Part shown: positions 46,267-55,808 of the stretch, piece by piece
Numbering within the stretch: the first letter of the stretch is position 1
Layout: every line of letters begins with the position of its first letter
Source: a virus
Taxonomy: Duplodnaviria > Caudoviricetes
Length of the DNA stretch: 60,137 nucleotides
Virus record (IMG/VR): IMGVR_UViG_3300010291_000001
Location: 1 to 60,137 of that record
Reading direction: 5' to 3' (one strand)
The notes under the pieces: generated by a model
Database searches by the model: none
The model's input: only the letters and a program-made list of their open reading frames with translations
Told to the model about the DNA's origin: nothing
Program-made: the position numbers and the translations under genes

Positions 46267-46851
46267 TTACCACCTTAACGGCATCAGGACACCCCATGCC
46301 TCGTCGCCCTCCATTTTCCCGGTGAAGAACAAAACCGCGCTTTCGTCGAAAGTCCTTACGTTGCACTTTACATCAGAAAGCGCCTCGTTGATGATCTGGA
46401 TATAGCGCCCGTCAAACTTTTGCCCGTCTATAAATACGCTTTCCGGGTATTCCGTCATTCCGCCCCCCCCACATTTCGGGCAGACATGGTCCGGCAGGTA
46501 ACCCTCGCCATCACACGTATCACACTTCACGTCTTGTCCGCATTCGCTGCAAGTCGTACTGCCCGCTCCGTCGCAGTCATCGCACATCTTTCTTCTGCAG
46601 TCCCTGCATTCTGTCTGTATTGTTTTCTGCGGCGTTGCCGGGAACGCGCCGGTTGGCGGGTTTTTCAACGCCTCCTCGCGCAAGGACAGAAAATACGTTT
46701 TGATCTTGCCGGGCAGCGGACACGCGTCGGCGTCTCCGGGAGCATTTGTTAAGACGATTATGTGGCCGTCGGTTGCTACATATTGACCGTCAATTGTGTA
46801 TACTTCCGGATAAGATGTATTTGTGAATTTCTTTAGACTCTCTGTTTTCAT
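46267..46851 (-). CDS. Protein with a DnaJ-type CxxCxGxG zinc finger inside a clamp-like domain
   Basis: ATDGH; CDDCDGAG, CDTCDGEG, CPKCGGGG; C-terminal GVLMPLR. Confidence 0.7.
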   Translation of the reverse strand: MKTESLKKFTNTSYPEVYTIDGQYVATDGHIIVLTNAPGDADACPLPGKIKTYFLSLREEALKNPPTGAFPATPQKTIQTECRDCRRKMCDDCDGAGSTTCSECGQDVKCDTCDGEGYLPDHVCPKCGGGGMTEYPESVFIDGQKFDGRYIQIINEALSDVKCNVRTFDESAVLFFTGKMEGDEAWGVLMPLRW

Positions 46852-46949
46852 AACTCTCCCTCATCCTCTCTTTGCTTCCAGGCGTGCGGGTATATTTTTG
46901 GGCTGAGCTTGCAGCCCGACAGCGGACATTGCAGCATTTCCTGCTCCTT

Positions 46950-47147
46950 TCAAGAGCTACCCATAGGACGTTTCATCCTATTATAACGCGTTTCGTGCGA
47001 TATTTTATCTTGTTCAATGCGCACGAAGCAATCTTCGCCCTCCTTGAACACCGCGTATGATTGGTATTCTTCCGGCTTGGCCGCGTACCTGAGGCACAAA
47101 CCCTTTTTACTGCACTTCTCGTTTGCGCATTTCGTAATGTCCACCAA
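46950..47147 (-). CDS. Small Cys-rich phage protein
   Basis: DITKC....C.....C.RY......QSY..F. Confidence 0.6.
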   Translation of the reverse strand: MVDITKCANEKCSKKGLCLRYAAKPEEYQSYAVFKEGEDCFVRIEQDKISHETRYNRMKRPMGSS

Positions 47148-47847
47148 GGCTCTCCTTCACTTACAGTTTACACGCGAATCAGCTTTCTAAAACGCAACCA
47201 GTGTATGTTTTGCAAACTCGATGTTTCATGCCTGTCAAGGTTATTAATGAACGGGGTTATTACCCTTATCCCCCCGCACATGGTCAGCGAAAGACATCTG
47301 CGGCTTTGAATTGCGCACTTTCTGCTTTCGCATACGGGGCAACTACACAGCTCTTTGCTTTCTATATACATAACCACCCCCTCTGTATGCGCGCGACCGG
47401 CCGGCCATACATGGAACGCATGAAGTCGCGTAGCCTGACGCCGGCCACCATCTTATGGTATGTGCCACACTGACAGAGCCCTTTCCCTGCTACATACACA
47501 ACCATTCTCCCTGGTAAAAGAAGACGTCGGACAGGTAAAATATCACCAGATGGGCAATGTGGCCGCCCTGCATTCTGGCGTAAGCGCCCTTTTCCTGCGG
47601 GCGGCACACGGCACAGACGCAAAGGTTTTTATAGCTCACATACATAACCGCCTCCCCTCATGTGCCGCAAGCCATGTGGCGTTTTTGACATTTGAGGTAA
47701 AGCACGACAAGGTTCTAAAGTAGGGCACACTCATGTCCAGGTATGGAAAGCAAGCGTCGACATACTCGAACCGAAGATAGAATATTGTATCTTGTGGTAA
47801 CCGGTCCGAAGGTAAAGTGTTCGGTCGGTCACAGAGACGCCTATGGC

Positions 47848-48066
47848 TTATGTACACTTTTCATTCCCTCCCCACACAAAAAACCCGTATACGGAAAGAC
47901 CCAGAAACGCCCCGAACTGAACCGCGGCAGCGTATTCCCCATTTGATATGTTATGTGTCAGCCACATTGTGTTGCTTATCATCCACAACACAAAGCCGAA
48001 CCTGTATTTACGGACATTGAAGGCTGCTCCTATCAACGAGATAACACACGTTGTCCAGGCAAACAT
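47848..48066 (-). CDS. Small PnuC-like three-helix membrane protein
   Basis: SLIGA..NV.K...GF.LW..SN..W......G........F.....YGF..W. Confidence 0.65.
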   Translation of the reverse strand: MFAWTTCVISLIGAAFNVRKYRFGFVLWMISNTMWLTHNISNGEYAAAVQFGAFLGLSVYGFFVWGGNEKCT

Positions 48067-50310
48067 TTGGGCTCCGTTTCCCACACGCCTAGTGCCACTA
48101 ACGCCCATAAGCTTGGGCGGCGCACGACCGTCTCCTTCATGCGCCGTCCGCGTATGGTCATTGTGGAGCGCCGTACCCCAGAGCGCACCCGGTCGCCGGG
48201 GCCTGTTGCGTACTTGACGTACTCTGACCCGCGACTATCAACAGAAATATAAACCCAAACCGCCCGGCTCCCTGCGCAGGCCGTTGACAGAAGGCTCGGG
48301 CAATTTGCTATTGCAACGCATAACTTCACGTTACCGGTTCTCGGTTTCCCTCTCATTTCAGTCGCCGGTTTTGTTGTCGAGCTGCAATCCAGAAACCACA
48401 CCACGCTGTCGGGTGTTGTGTACATTGTCCAATCTCCCGCCTTGGGGACTATACATAGAACCCACACGGATACATTAGGCATGTTTTCGCCTGTTGATGT
48501 TATTGTGTTACTGTCGACGCACGCCTCAAGGCGAAGCGCCGCACAACGCCAATAATCTTTTGGCTTGTGTTGCACGAGGCACATGCGCCCACGTGGCCGC
48601 CAACAATCAGGCGCATTGCTGATGCCATATTGTCGGGTACGCAGGAGCAATCCGCCACGATATGGGCAAAGCCTGTGCTGGCGTTCCGGTGGATTATACA
48701 TAAAGCAGGTGTTCTCCCAACAAGTCAAGACACAGGTGGCAGTCGTAAGTCCCGTGGCGACACGGTATAACCGAGAACACCCATCTCCCCCACGGGTACA
48801 CGGTAAACCTAAACTTACGCCGTCTACGGAAGGTTGTCAGGTACAGCCTTATACAAAGTATTAGCGGGCGCTCGGCGTGAGCGGGACTGTTGGACGGTAT
48901 TGCCAGGACGGGGTGGTCAAGGTCCAGCTTAAACCGCGGGGACCGCGGGGTTCCGTAAACAAAACGATCCGACGCGTACGTTGACGGGGCCACATGACCC
49001 CAAAGCCCCTGTTTGGGCGGATTATACATAACAACCTCCTTCGACAACCGACCATTCGACCTGTCATTCTTTGGACGGCTGGGGGCGCCTGGCGTTTGCC
49101 CGTATGAACAGCTTAATAGCGCCATCAGAGGCCCAAAAGACCGACCGTGCAATCATACGTTGGCATATATCCAGACCATCAAAATTCAACTCCTCGTTGG
49201 GGCTGCGGTATGACGGCTTATACATATACACTATCTCCCAAATAGCGCGTGATGCCCGCGAGGTCGTGCACGGGGGTTTTGGACCAGCCGCGCAGCCAGC
49301 CCACGCCTGATAGCCCGAACACCTGGGTTTCTATGATTATATACACCCTTATCGCGCGGTTGCGTCCGATCCCCCCGGTACGACTCATGATACTATTCAG
49401 CTCATCGGGCCTGCAGTTGACATTGAAGGGCGCGAGCGACGGACTATACATAAAGCCCCCTTAGGTGTTCTTTTGCGCGGGATCCATACAGGCGAAAATT
49501 CTTAGCGTTGCCTTTAAAGTAGTTGCCTCTAAAGTAAAGGAGAACCTCGCATGTGACGACGTGGCAGCGACGGCTCGGCTCCAGCGCATGACATAGCTCC
49601 TGGGCCGGCCCGACCCCCTCTACCCAGTCCATCCGCGACCCCCCAGGGCCTCCAGTATATGCGGTTAACATTGTGCCCCAGTTATATATTTCCCGCTGGA
49701 ACAGCGCAGATAGATTATACATAAAGGTCTCCTTTGTTGAGCCGGGCGACCCCCCAAGCTGGGCTGGACATCCGGGGTTTTCTGGCGTCTGCCCATGCGC
49801 GTATCTTGACGCCCTGGCTAACTCGGGGACCGCTGAAAACCCTCCCCTAAAACAGTCCCGATACAGAGACGACCGGGCCTACAGTGCCGTCCGGCTTTCC
49901 GGCTAGACGGTTAGATGATGAGCCATACACAAGACACCCCCTAAACCACGGACTCCCTAATGATCCTTCTGGCGTAAGGCCGCTCTTCCGCCTGTTCTGC
50001 ATACCTGAACGAAACAAACCCTAAGTATGCGACAGACCCCGGCGACCGGTGTAGCCACGATATTTCGTTATACAGCAATATAAACGGCCCTGCGGCGCTT
50101 ACCCAATAAGTAACGCACCACGCCTTAACCGCCCCGTTGATGACCAGGTTTTGCCAGTTTCCCGCGTCGTTATCGGCAAAAACCGCGGACTGTCGACCAT
50201 ACACAATCCCTCCCGGCTCGAACTGCCTTGTCGTTCTCTGCGGCCACGCCTGATCCGTTGAAGTGAGCATGGCGGGTTGTCTGGCGCTTGGTTTGTACAC
50301 GGCTGTTCCC

Positions 50311-50646
50311 CTAGACCATAACCCAATAATGTATGAACTGTAAACACCCATCAGCCATCTTCGACGGCTCATGCACACCAAGATCCCACACAGCGGTGGC
50401 TATTGCTGCCAGCACTGGTATCCCGGGCGACTTAGGCGTTAAATGGGATATCAGGCAGTCGACAGCCACACAGCGGCCAACCTGCGCACATTCTTCCAAC
50501 ATTGCCAGCGGGAACCACCAGCTCGTTCCGTGGGGCACCTTTTTCTTTTGTTCTGCCTTTTGGGTTGAGCCATTTATGATTTTATAGTTGAGGTACGGGA
50601 TCGAAACTGTGTGTCTGAATCGATCTGTTGTTCGTTTTATAAACAT
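50311..50646 (-). CDS. Orphan, paralog of 50656-51009
   Basis: Shared MFI, YKI.N, AEQ, WW.P, CV..DC.I.HL.P.SPGIPV. Confidence 0.7.
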   Translation of the reverse strand: MFIKRTTDRFRHTVSIPYLNYKIINGSTQKAEQKKKVPHGTSWWFPLAMLEECAQVGRCVAVDCLISHLTPKSPGIPVLAAIATAVWDLGVHEPSKMADGCLQFIHYWVMV

Positions 50647-50655
50647 ATGTCCCTC

Positions 50656-51009
50656 CTAAACAGTAAGCCAACGCTTTATAAACCCCAAACACCTGACCTG
50701 CATCGTGTCCAGCCCCCCGAGCGGCAGCTGCTCGTACGTACCAAAGACCCATTCGATCATAGCCGCCGCCGTCGGAACCGGAATCCCCGGCGATGCGGGA
50801 AATAAATGCTCTATTGTGCAGTCGATGCCCACACAGCCGCCCATGTGCGTATATTTTGCTGGCGTCGTTATGGGGTCCCACCACCTTGCCCCACGAGGCG
50901 CCTCCGTCATTTGTTCCGCCCTTTTAACCCCGTCGTTTGTAATCTTATAAGTAAAAAGTGGGATTATGGCCGTGCATCTGGTTTGGTCTGTTTCCAGGTT
51001 TATAAACAT
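50656..51009 (-). CDS. Orphan, paralog of 50311-50646
   Basis: Same shared motifs; GGAGG RBS. Confidence 0.7.
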   Translation of the reverse strand: MFINLETDQTRCTAIIPLFTYKITNDGVKRAEQMTEAPRGARWWDPITTPAKYTHMGGCVGIDCTIEHLFPASPGIPVPTAAAMIEWVFGTYEQLPLGGLDTMQVRCLGFIKRWLTV

Positions 51010-51256
51010 GCGTCCTCCCTAAACCGTGAGCCGGCGGACCGTAAGATATAAAAACGCCTCGACATCGTCGTACGAATACGTAAACACAAACGTTCTGGTA
51101 CGTAACCAACCACCTAAATCGTTCGGGTGGATGACCACACGCGCCGGCCACACGCTTATCGGCGTGCGCTGGGTCCGCATCGGCCGGCACGGCAACTTGT
51201 AATAATGATGGTGCGTACATGCACTGTCTCCCTAAAACCCATTTTACGCCATTATG

Positions 51257-51286
51257 TTTATAACTTAAAAACGGTAAAATTTTATA
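51257..51286. promoter_or_regulatory. Overlapping divergent promoters: class A variant (minus) and class B variant (plus)
   Basis: GTTATAAA with upstream AAAA on the minus strand; TAAAATTTTA at 51275-51284 on the plus strand. Confidence 0.5.
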
Positions 51287-51298
51287 TGGAGCAACGCT

Positions 51299-53218
51299 AT
51301 GGGCGACTACGAGCATAGAGACGAGTTTTTTGAGAGACAGAGGCGCATTGCCGGCCGACTGTACAGTGAGGCTGCGTACGGCAAACGCGAGCTTCGTGAT
51401 AGGTTTAATAACGTTACAGTCAATACCCAAATCGCAGCCAGGACAATGTTTAATGATTTGGGCCAGTTTACCACCACTGCCGGCATGGCGGCCCAGAGCA
51501 TATTGGGCGATTTCGGACTCGGCAGGTTCATGTATAACCCCGATTTCAGCGGCATGAGCGGCATAGAGGCGTCTCGCCTGCCATACTTCCTCCCTGGACT
51601 TAGGCTGCTCAATGATCCAAGAAGATACGATGCGGAGTTCCTGAGTCGTTATTACGCCCTCGAAACCGGCCGGCGCAGCGAAAACTGGGGCGACTGGGTA
51701 AGGGCGGTGGCATGGGGGGCAGGCGTGCCCGGCAGACTAGGCAGGGCACTTACCGCACCGATCGGCTGGATTGGCGGTCGGGGGCTTAGAGAGGACGTGA
51801 TTCGTCTTGGCGGGGTCCAGTATGCCAGAGCCATGAGTCTTATAGGTCTCGGAGGCCCTGATTCAACCCCCGAGCAAATAATGCTCACACACATGGGCAG
51901 AAGGTTTTGGGGCGATACTGATGATTATGAAGCTGTCGGCGCTGCGGCGGCGCGTATAGCGCGTGACGTGATGCTTGACCCAGATCTGGCCGATATGGAC
52001 CCGGCTGAAAGAAGGTCACATTTCAAAATGGCACTTGAGTCCGGACGGCTTGGTCCGGTTGACATGACGGATCCGAACTTTAGGCAAGACGCCCACAGGC
52101 AGATAAAGGACATGGTGGAGAAGTTCAGCAGCCTACGCCGCGCCCTACAGATGACAACAAAAGAGTTTGAAGCATTTGCCGACCGTGTCGGCCACCACAC
52201 TGTCAGCGGAATGGCCACGGGCAAGATGATGGGCGCCATATCGGATATTTCAAGGATGTACGGCTCCGGCCAGGGCAGGATAGCCGGCGAGATCGCCGCG
52301 CAAGCCCAACAGGCGTTTGCCGGACTTATGACACGCCCTATGGCGGCTGCGGCTGGAGCCGAGGTTTCATACGCTGTTGTCGACACCGGAATGGCCAATC
52401 TTTTCCATCATGGCCGCCTCACATCCGAAGCCATAAGTATGATAGCCGCAAGGCACAACGACCAGGTGACAAGAATGGTGGCGCTTGGGCTTCGCAGCGG
52501 CGAAGAGAGTCTTGGCGGCATGATACGGGCCGGCGCAAGACAGCTGGGCACACCCGAAGGAGCAGTTGCGGCGCTGTTTGCGGCAGACCTGCCAATGGAG
52601 GCGGCCCAGGAAATACGAATCATAGAGATACTAAGAATAAACGGAATAGATATGGACGACCTTCCTTCAGTTGGCCCGGGCTTTACAGAGGACTCGAGGG
52701 TACACAGGGCAATTGCAATTATCTCGCGTCACTTTAATATGCCGGCGACGGCGGCGCACAACATACTTGTAAAACTAAAAAGAGAGGCGGTAACGGGCCG
52801 GAAAGCCATCGCTGAAGGCCTGGATCCGGAAAGATACAAGGCAATAGCAAGGACATTTGCCGGCCACGAGGCCGCGCGGATATTTGAGGCGGTTGCTGAT
52901 CCAGCACGCGCCCCAGCCATAAGAGAGGCTGCGCTTGCGCCGGACTTCACCATGGAAGCGCTTGGGGCGGCGTTTGAAACCGAGACTGCCGTTACCGAGA
53001 CACACAAAGACGAAGTTGAGCTTTTTGAGGCTATAGCGGACAGTACTGCAGAGGCCGCAAGGATAGTAAGAGAGGAGGCGGAGCGGAGGGGAAAAGAAAG
53101 GGGAGCGTTTCATCCGGGGTCGGCGATGACGCGCCGTACACGAATACCCATAAGATCCGTTCCCGCCAAACGCACGACGAGCCCTTCTGGCGCCGCAGTT
53201 AACGTTTGGCCGTGGTAG
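51299..53218 (+). CDS. Tape-measure-like helical protein 1
   Basis: 639 aa, Ala/Gly/Met-rich, upstream of baseplate genes. Confidence 0.5.
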   Translation: MGDYEHRDEFFERQRRIAGRLYSEAAYGKRELRDRFNNVTVNTQIAARTMFNDLGQFTTTAGMAAQSILGDFGLGRFMYNPDFSGMSGIEASRLPYFLPGLRLLNDPRRYDAEFLSRYYALETGRRSENWGDWVRAVAWGAGVPGRLGRALTAPIGWIGGRGLREDVIRLGGVQYARAMSLIGLGGPDSTPEQIMLTHMGRRFWGDTDDYEAVGAAAARIARDVMLDPDLADMDPAERRSHFKMALESGRLGPVDMTDPNFRQDAHRQIKDMVEKFSSLRRALQMTTKEFEAFADRVGHHTVSGMATGKMMGAISDISRMYGSGQGRIAGEIAAQAQQAFAGLMTRPMAAAAGAEVSYAVVDTGMANLFHHGRLTSEAISMIAARHNDQVTRMVALGLRSGEESLGGMIRAGARQLGTPEGAVAALFAADLPMEAAQEIRIIEILRINGIDMDDLPSVGPGFTEDSRVHRAIAIISRHFNMPATAAHNILVKLKREAVTGRKAIAEGLDPERYKAIARTFAGHEAARIFEAVADPARAPAIREAALAPDFTMEALGAAFETETAVTETHKDEVELFEAIADSTAEAARIVREEAERRGKERGAFHPGSAMTRRTRIPIRSVPAKRTTSPSGAAVNVWPW

Positions 53219-53221
53219 CCA

Positions 53222-55147
53222 ATGTATGCTTACAACCAAAACCCCGCGACCTGGCCCGACGGACCGTCGAGAATGCCTCAGTCGTTTCCGTTTTACGGAC
53301 GAGACGAACAGGGACAGCCAACCTTCCTGACGGTTCCCACACAATCGTGGTTTCCTACAATAAATCTTGAGTTCGCCGGACAGGCTCCGCGTGAGTTCAT
53401 GCATGGCGGAATAATACCGCAAAAATGGTATGGAAGACACTACGGCCCGCTCCCAAGCGAAACGGCAGTATGGGATGAAAGATTCAAACTGTCCCGATGG
53501 CAAATGGCTGGCGGTCACATCACCAACGTCCTCCTGCCGGTTGGCGGCGAAATCGCATCGTGGGGCGCTTTTGCTATTTCCGCTCCGCTTGCCATTGGAA
53601 TGATGGTTGGGCAGCAAGTAACATCCAACAGGTTTATTGTTCATAGGGGCATAAACCCGCTGTTGGCGGCGGTCGGCCTGGGACCAATAGAGGCCCTCCC
53701 GCTATCATTCAGAGCCAGGCAGGTGACAGAGGTTTTTGGTCTGGATCCCTTCTATGAGCATACCACGGGTTTTATGGCGCTCGGAGAAGGCGTTTGGGGC
53801 AACATGAGGCCGCAGGTCGTCAATATCATTTCAAGACAACTTGCGAGTCGAACCGCCCTTTTTGCCACAAGAATCAGGGGGCGAGATCAGCTTGTCGGGA
53901 GTGCAATAAGGTCCATGTTGACGCGCGAGGTCGGGCAGCTGAACGCCCAGCTCGATAAGATTGAGGCCGGCATAACTACCGCGATGAGATCTACACTGAA
54001 AAGCGCGGATGAAGTCCTCCAGGAAATACTCGATCTACCCAGACCGATAAGGGTGCATTATCATGGAATGTTGGCCGGCATTGAAACGGCTTATACTTCC
54101 GGGCTGGAGCAGCGAGCAGTAGCAATGGGCATGGCTCTCGCGCCCCAAATGGGTATTACCGACCCGGCCGCCGCACAAATGGCGGCTCTTGCCATGCGCT
54201 TTGCCACAGATATTCCGGGCGCCCGCCCCTTTGCCGGACAGGATCTGACCGCCGCAATGGCGACTCTGTATCAAAGCCCGGTATTCCGCGCCGCAACGGC
54301 AGGGATCATAGAGGGCACAAGTGGCGGAGCTATCAGGGCCGGCTTTAATATGTTGGCTGATCCGGCGTTCCGGGTCAGGCAAGCGTTTTCCCTCGAGATC
54401 GGCCCCACGATACATGCGGCGCTGGAGGGCTACCTGCGCGACAGGTATGCCGAGAATCCTGAATGGAAAGACTCGGTCTTTCTTGATTTTCTTGTTGTTT
54501 ACCAAATAGGCGGCATGTCACCGGAATCCCTGAGGGCCCTGTATGGTCGTATGCGCCAGGTTTGGAATAATCTTCGTGGACGGGCGGCTCCTGAAGTCGC
54601 CGGAGACCACGGCACTGTTTCGGCCCCATCATTAAGGGAAGCCAGGAGAGAGCGTATACAGGAATATCTCGGCATTGATCCGTTGGCGGAAGCCGAGAGA
54701 TTCGCGCTCGTCAAGGGGGCTACGGATGTGGAGCGCGCGAAGGCGATCTCTGCCAGGATTCAGCCCAGAAGATACCACATACAACGTGGCCTGGAGCCGG
54801 GCGGCAAAGTCTCTTTTACGACCTGGGGGCGCCAACGGGTGGCCTCATCTACAAAGGAAACCGCCGCCATTATGCGGGAAGAACTGATGGAGTACGCCGA
54901 AGAGTTGGCGGAACAGGGAGACTACACGCTTCTTCACGCTATCCAGAGAAGGGAAGCGATCCGCGAGGCCAAAGCCGGGATCTCTGCCGTTACCGACGCT
55001 AAAACTGCCCAGTTTCTCAGAGGTTTCACCTTGGCCGGGGAATCGCCGCAGGCGCGCGCCGCGCTTGCCGTTGAAATGCTGAAACTTTCAAGATACTCGA
55101 AAGCGTTGACAGAAATGATGTCGGGCGACATTCCACAAACGAAGTAA
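53222..55147 (+). CDS. Tape-measure-like helical protein 2
   Basis: 641 aa, hydrophobic segment near residues 100-125, similar composition to protein 1. Confidence 0.5.
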   Translation: MYAYNQNPATWPDGPSRMPQSFPFYGRDEQGQPTFLTVPTQSWFPTINLEFAGQAPREFMHGGIIPQKWYGRHYGPLPSETAVWDERFKLSRWQMAGGHITNVLLPVGGEIASWGAFAISAPLAIGMMVGQQVTSNRFIVHRGINPLLAAVGLGPIEALPLSFRARQVTEVFGLDPFYEHTTGFMALGEGVWGNMRPQVVNIISRQLASRTALFATRIRGRDQLVGSAIRSMLTREVGQLNAQLDKIEAGITTAMRSTLKSADEVLQEILDLPRPIRVHYHGMLAGIETAYTSGLEQRAVAMGMALAPQMGITDPAAAQMAALAMRFATDIPGARPFAGQDLTAAMATLYQSPVFRAATAGIIEGTSGGAIRAGFNMLADPAFRVRQAFSLEIGPTIHAALEGYLRDRYAENPEWKDSVFLDFLVVYQIGGMSPESLRALYGRMRQVWNNLRGRAAPEVAGDHGTVSAPSLREARRERIQEYLGIDPLAEAERFALVKGATDVERAKAISARIQPRRYHIQRGLEPGGKVSFTTWGRQRVASSTKETAAIMREELMEYAEELAEQGDYTLLHAIQRREAIREAKAGISAVTDAKTAQFLRGFTLAGESPQARAALAVEMLKLSRYSKALTEMMSGDIPQTK

Positions 55148-55151
55148 ACTG

Positions 55152-55161
55152 TTAAAATTTT
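55152..55161 (+). promoter_or_regulatory. Class B promoter variant TTAAAATTTT
   Basis: One mismatch to the motif, intergenic, before an AGGAG RBS. Confidence 0.6.
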
Positions 55162-55176
55162 ATACAGGAGTAGCCA

Positions 55177-55806
55177 ATGGCCAAGCAAACAGCCCAAGAA
55201 AAACAAGACATGGTAACTCAAAAGCCGCTGTTTGATCAACTCACGTATCTGACCACGTGGCTGTACGGCATTAAAAGAAAAGAGAAGCTTGGCCTTCTCC
55301 TCGCCATGCGCCGTGACGCATCTGCGACCGACATGAAGAAAAGTTATGTCTTCCCCGCCCACGTGATGGTAATGGAGTGGAGGCAGGGCATACGCACGCA
55401 GATGCACATATTCAGGAAGGGCATCGGGGTGGCGTATCACGGAATGGAGCCTATAAGGCTTTCGTTTACCTGCATACTACCGCATTTCGAGAACCTGAAC
55501 GGATTAAACGCATTTTATGAAATGTTAAACAACGTGTTCTCGGAGGAGGGCGGCGGGTACGCCAACTACGTATTCGGGCTTAATGTTGACGACATATCAC
55601 TGGTCGGTTACCTTATCAACTACGGCATATCCGGCAACGAGCCGAATGTGCTGAGAATTAACTTTGATATGGTGGTAAGCGCGTTTCATGTCAGGGGTGG
55701 TGGGCCGGCGAAACAAGTTACAATGCCCGACAAAACGGTGGTTTCTGTTATACATCACCCGGCCATGAATGAAATAACACCGCCAACCAGGGATAGCAGT
55801 TCATAA
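55177..55806 (+). CDS. Putative tube-initiator/baseplate protein
   Basis: Tube-fold-like pattern (G.EP..LSFT..L, V.GYLI......F.M.V). Confidence 0.45.
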   Translation: MAKQTAQEKQDMVTQKPLFDQLTYLTTWLYGIKRKEKLGLLLAMRRDASATDMKKSYVFPAHVMVMEWRQGIRTQMHIFRKGIGVAYHGMEPIRLSFTCILPHFENLNGLNAFYEMLNNVFSEEGGGYANYVFGLNVDDISLVGYLINYGISGNEPNVLRINFDMVVSAFHVRGGGPAKQVTMPDKTVVSVIHHPAMNEITPPTRDSSS

Positions 55807-55808
55807 CA

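Larger units (their letters stand above)
47168..51220 (-). repeat. Tandem array of about 15 small coupled ORFs starting (A/G)TG TA(T/C) or ATG TTT
   Basis: Starts at 51220, 51009, 50646, 50300, 49930, 49722, 49451, 49225, 49029, 48701, 48456, 47857, 47645, 47499 and 47371; most are preceded by GGAG or GGGG. Confidence 0.7.

Noticed and set aside
48033-48728. 231-aa ORF as a single genuine protein
   Set aside because: It spans array junctions and overlaps the PnuC-like gene start; it is more likely a run-through of decayed units.
49064-49849. Genome-wide stop-codon reassignment
   Set aside because: TAG, TGA and TAA all end well-formed genes elsewhere, conserved genes are uninterrupted, and no suppressor tRNA was seen.
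47168-51220. Diversity-generating retroelement or CRISPR-like array
   Set aside because: No reverse transcriptase, no near-identical TR/VR pair, no adenine-specific differences, and the repeats are too short and degenerate.
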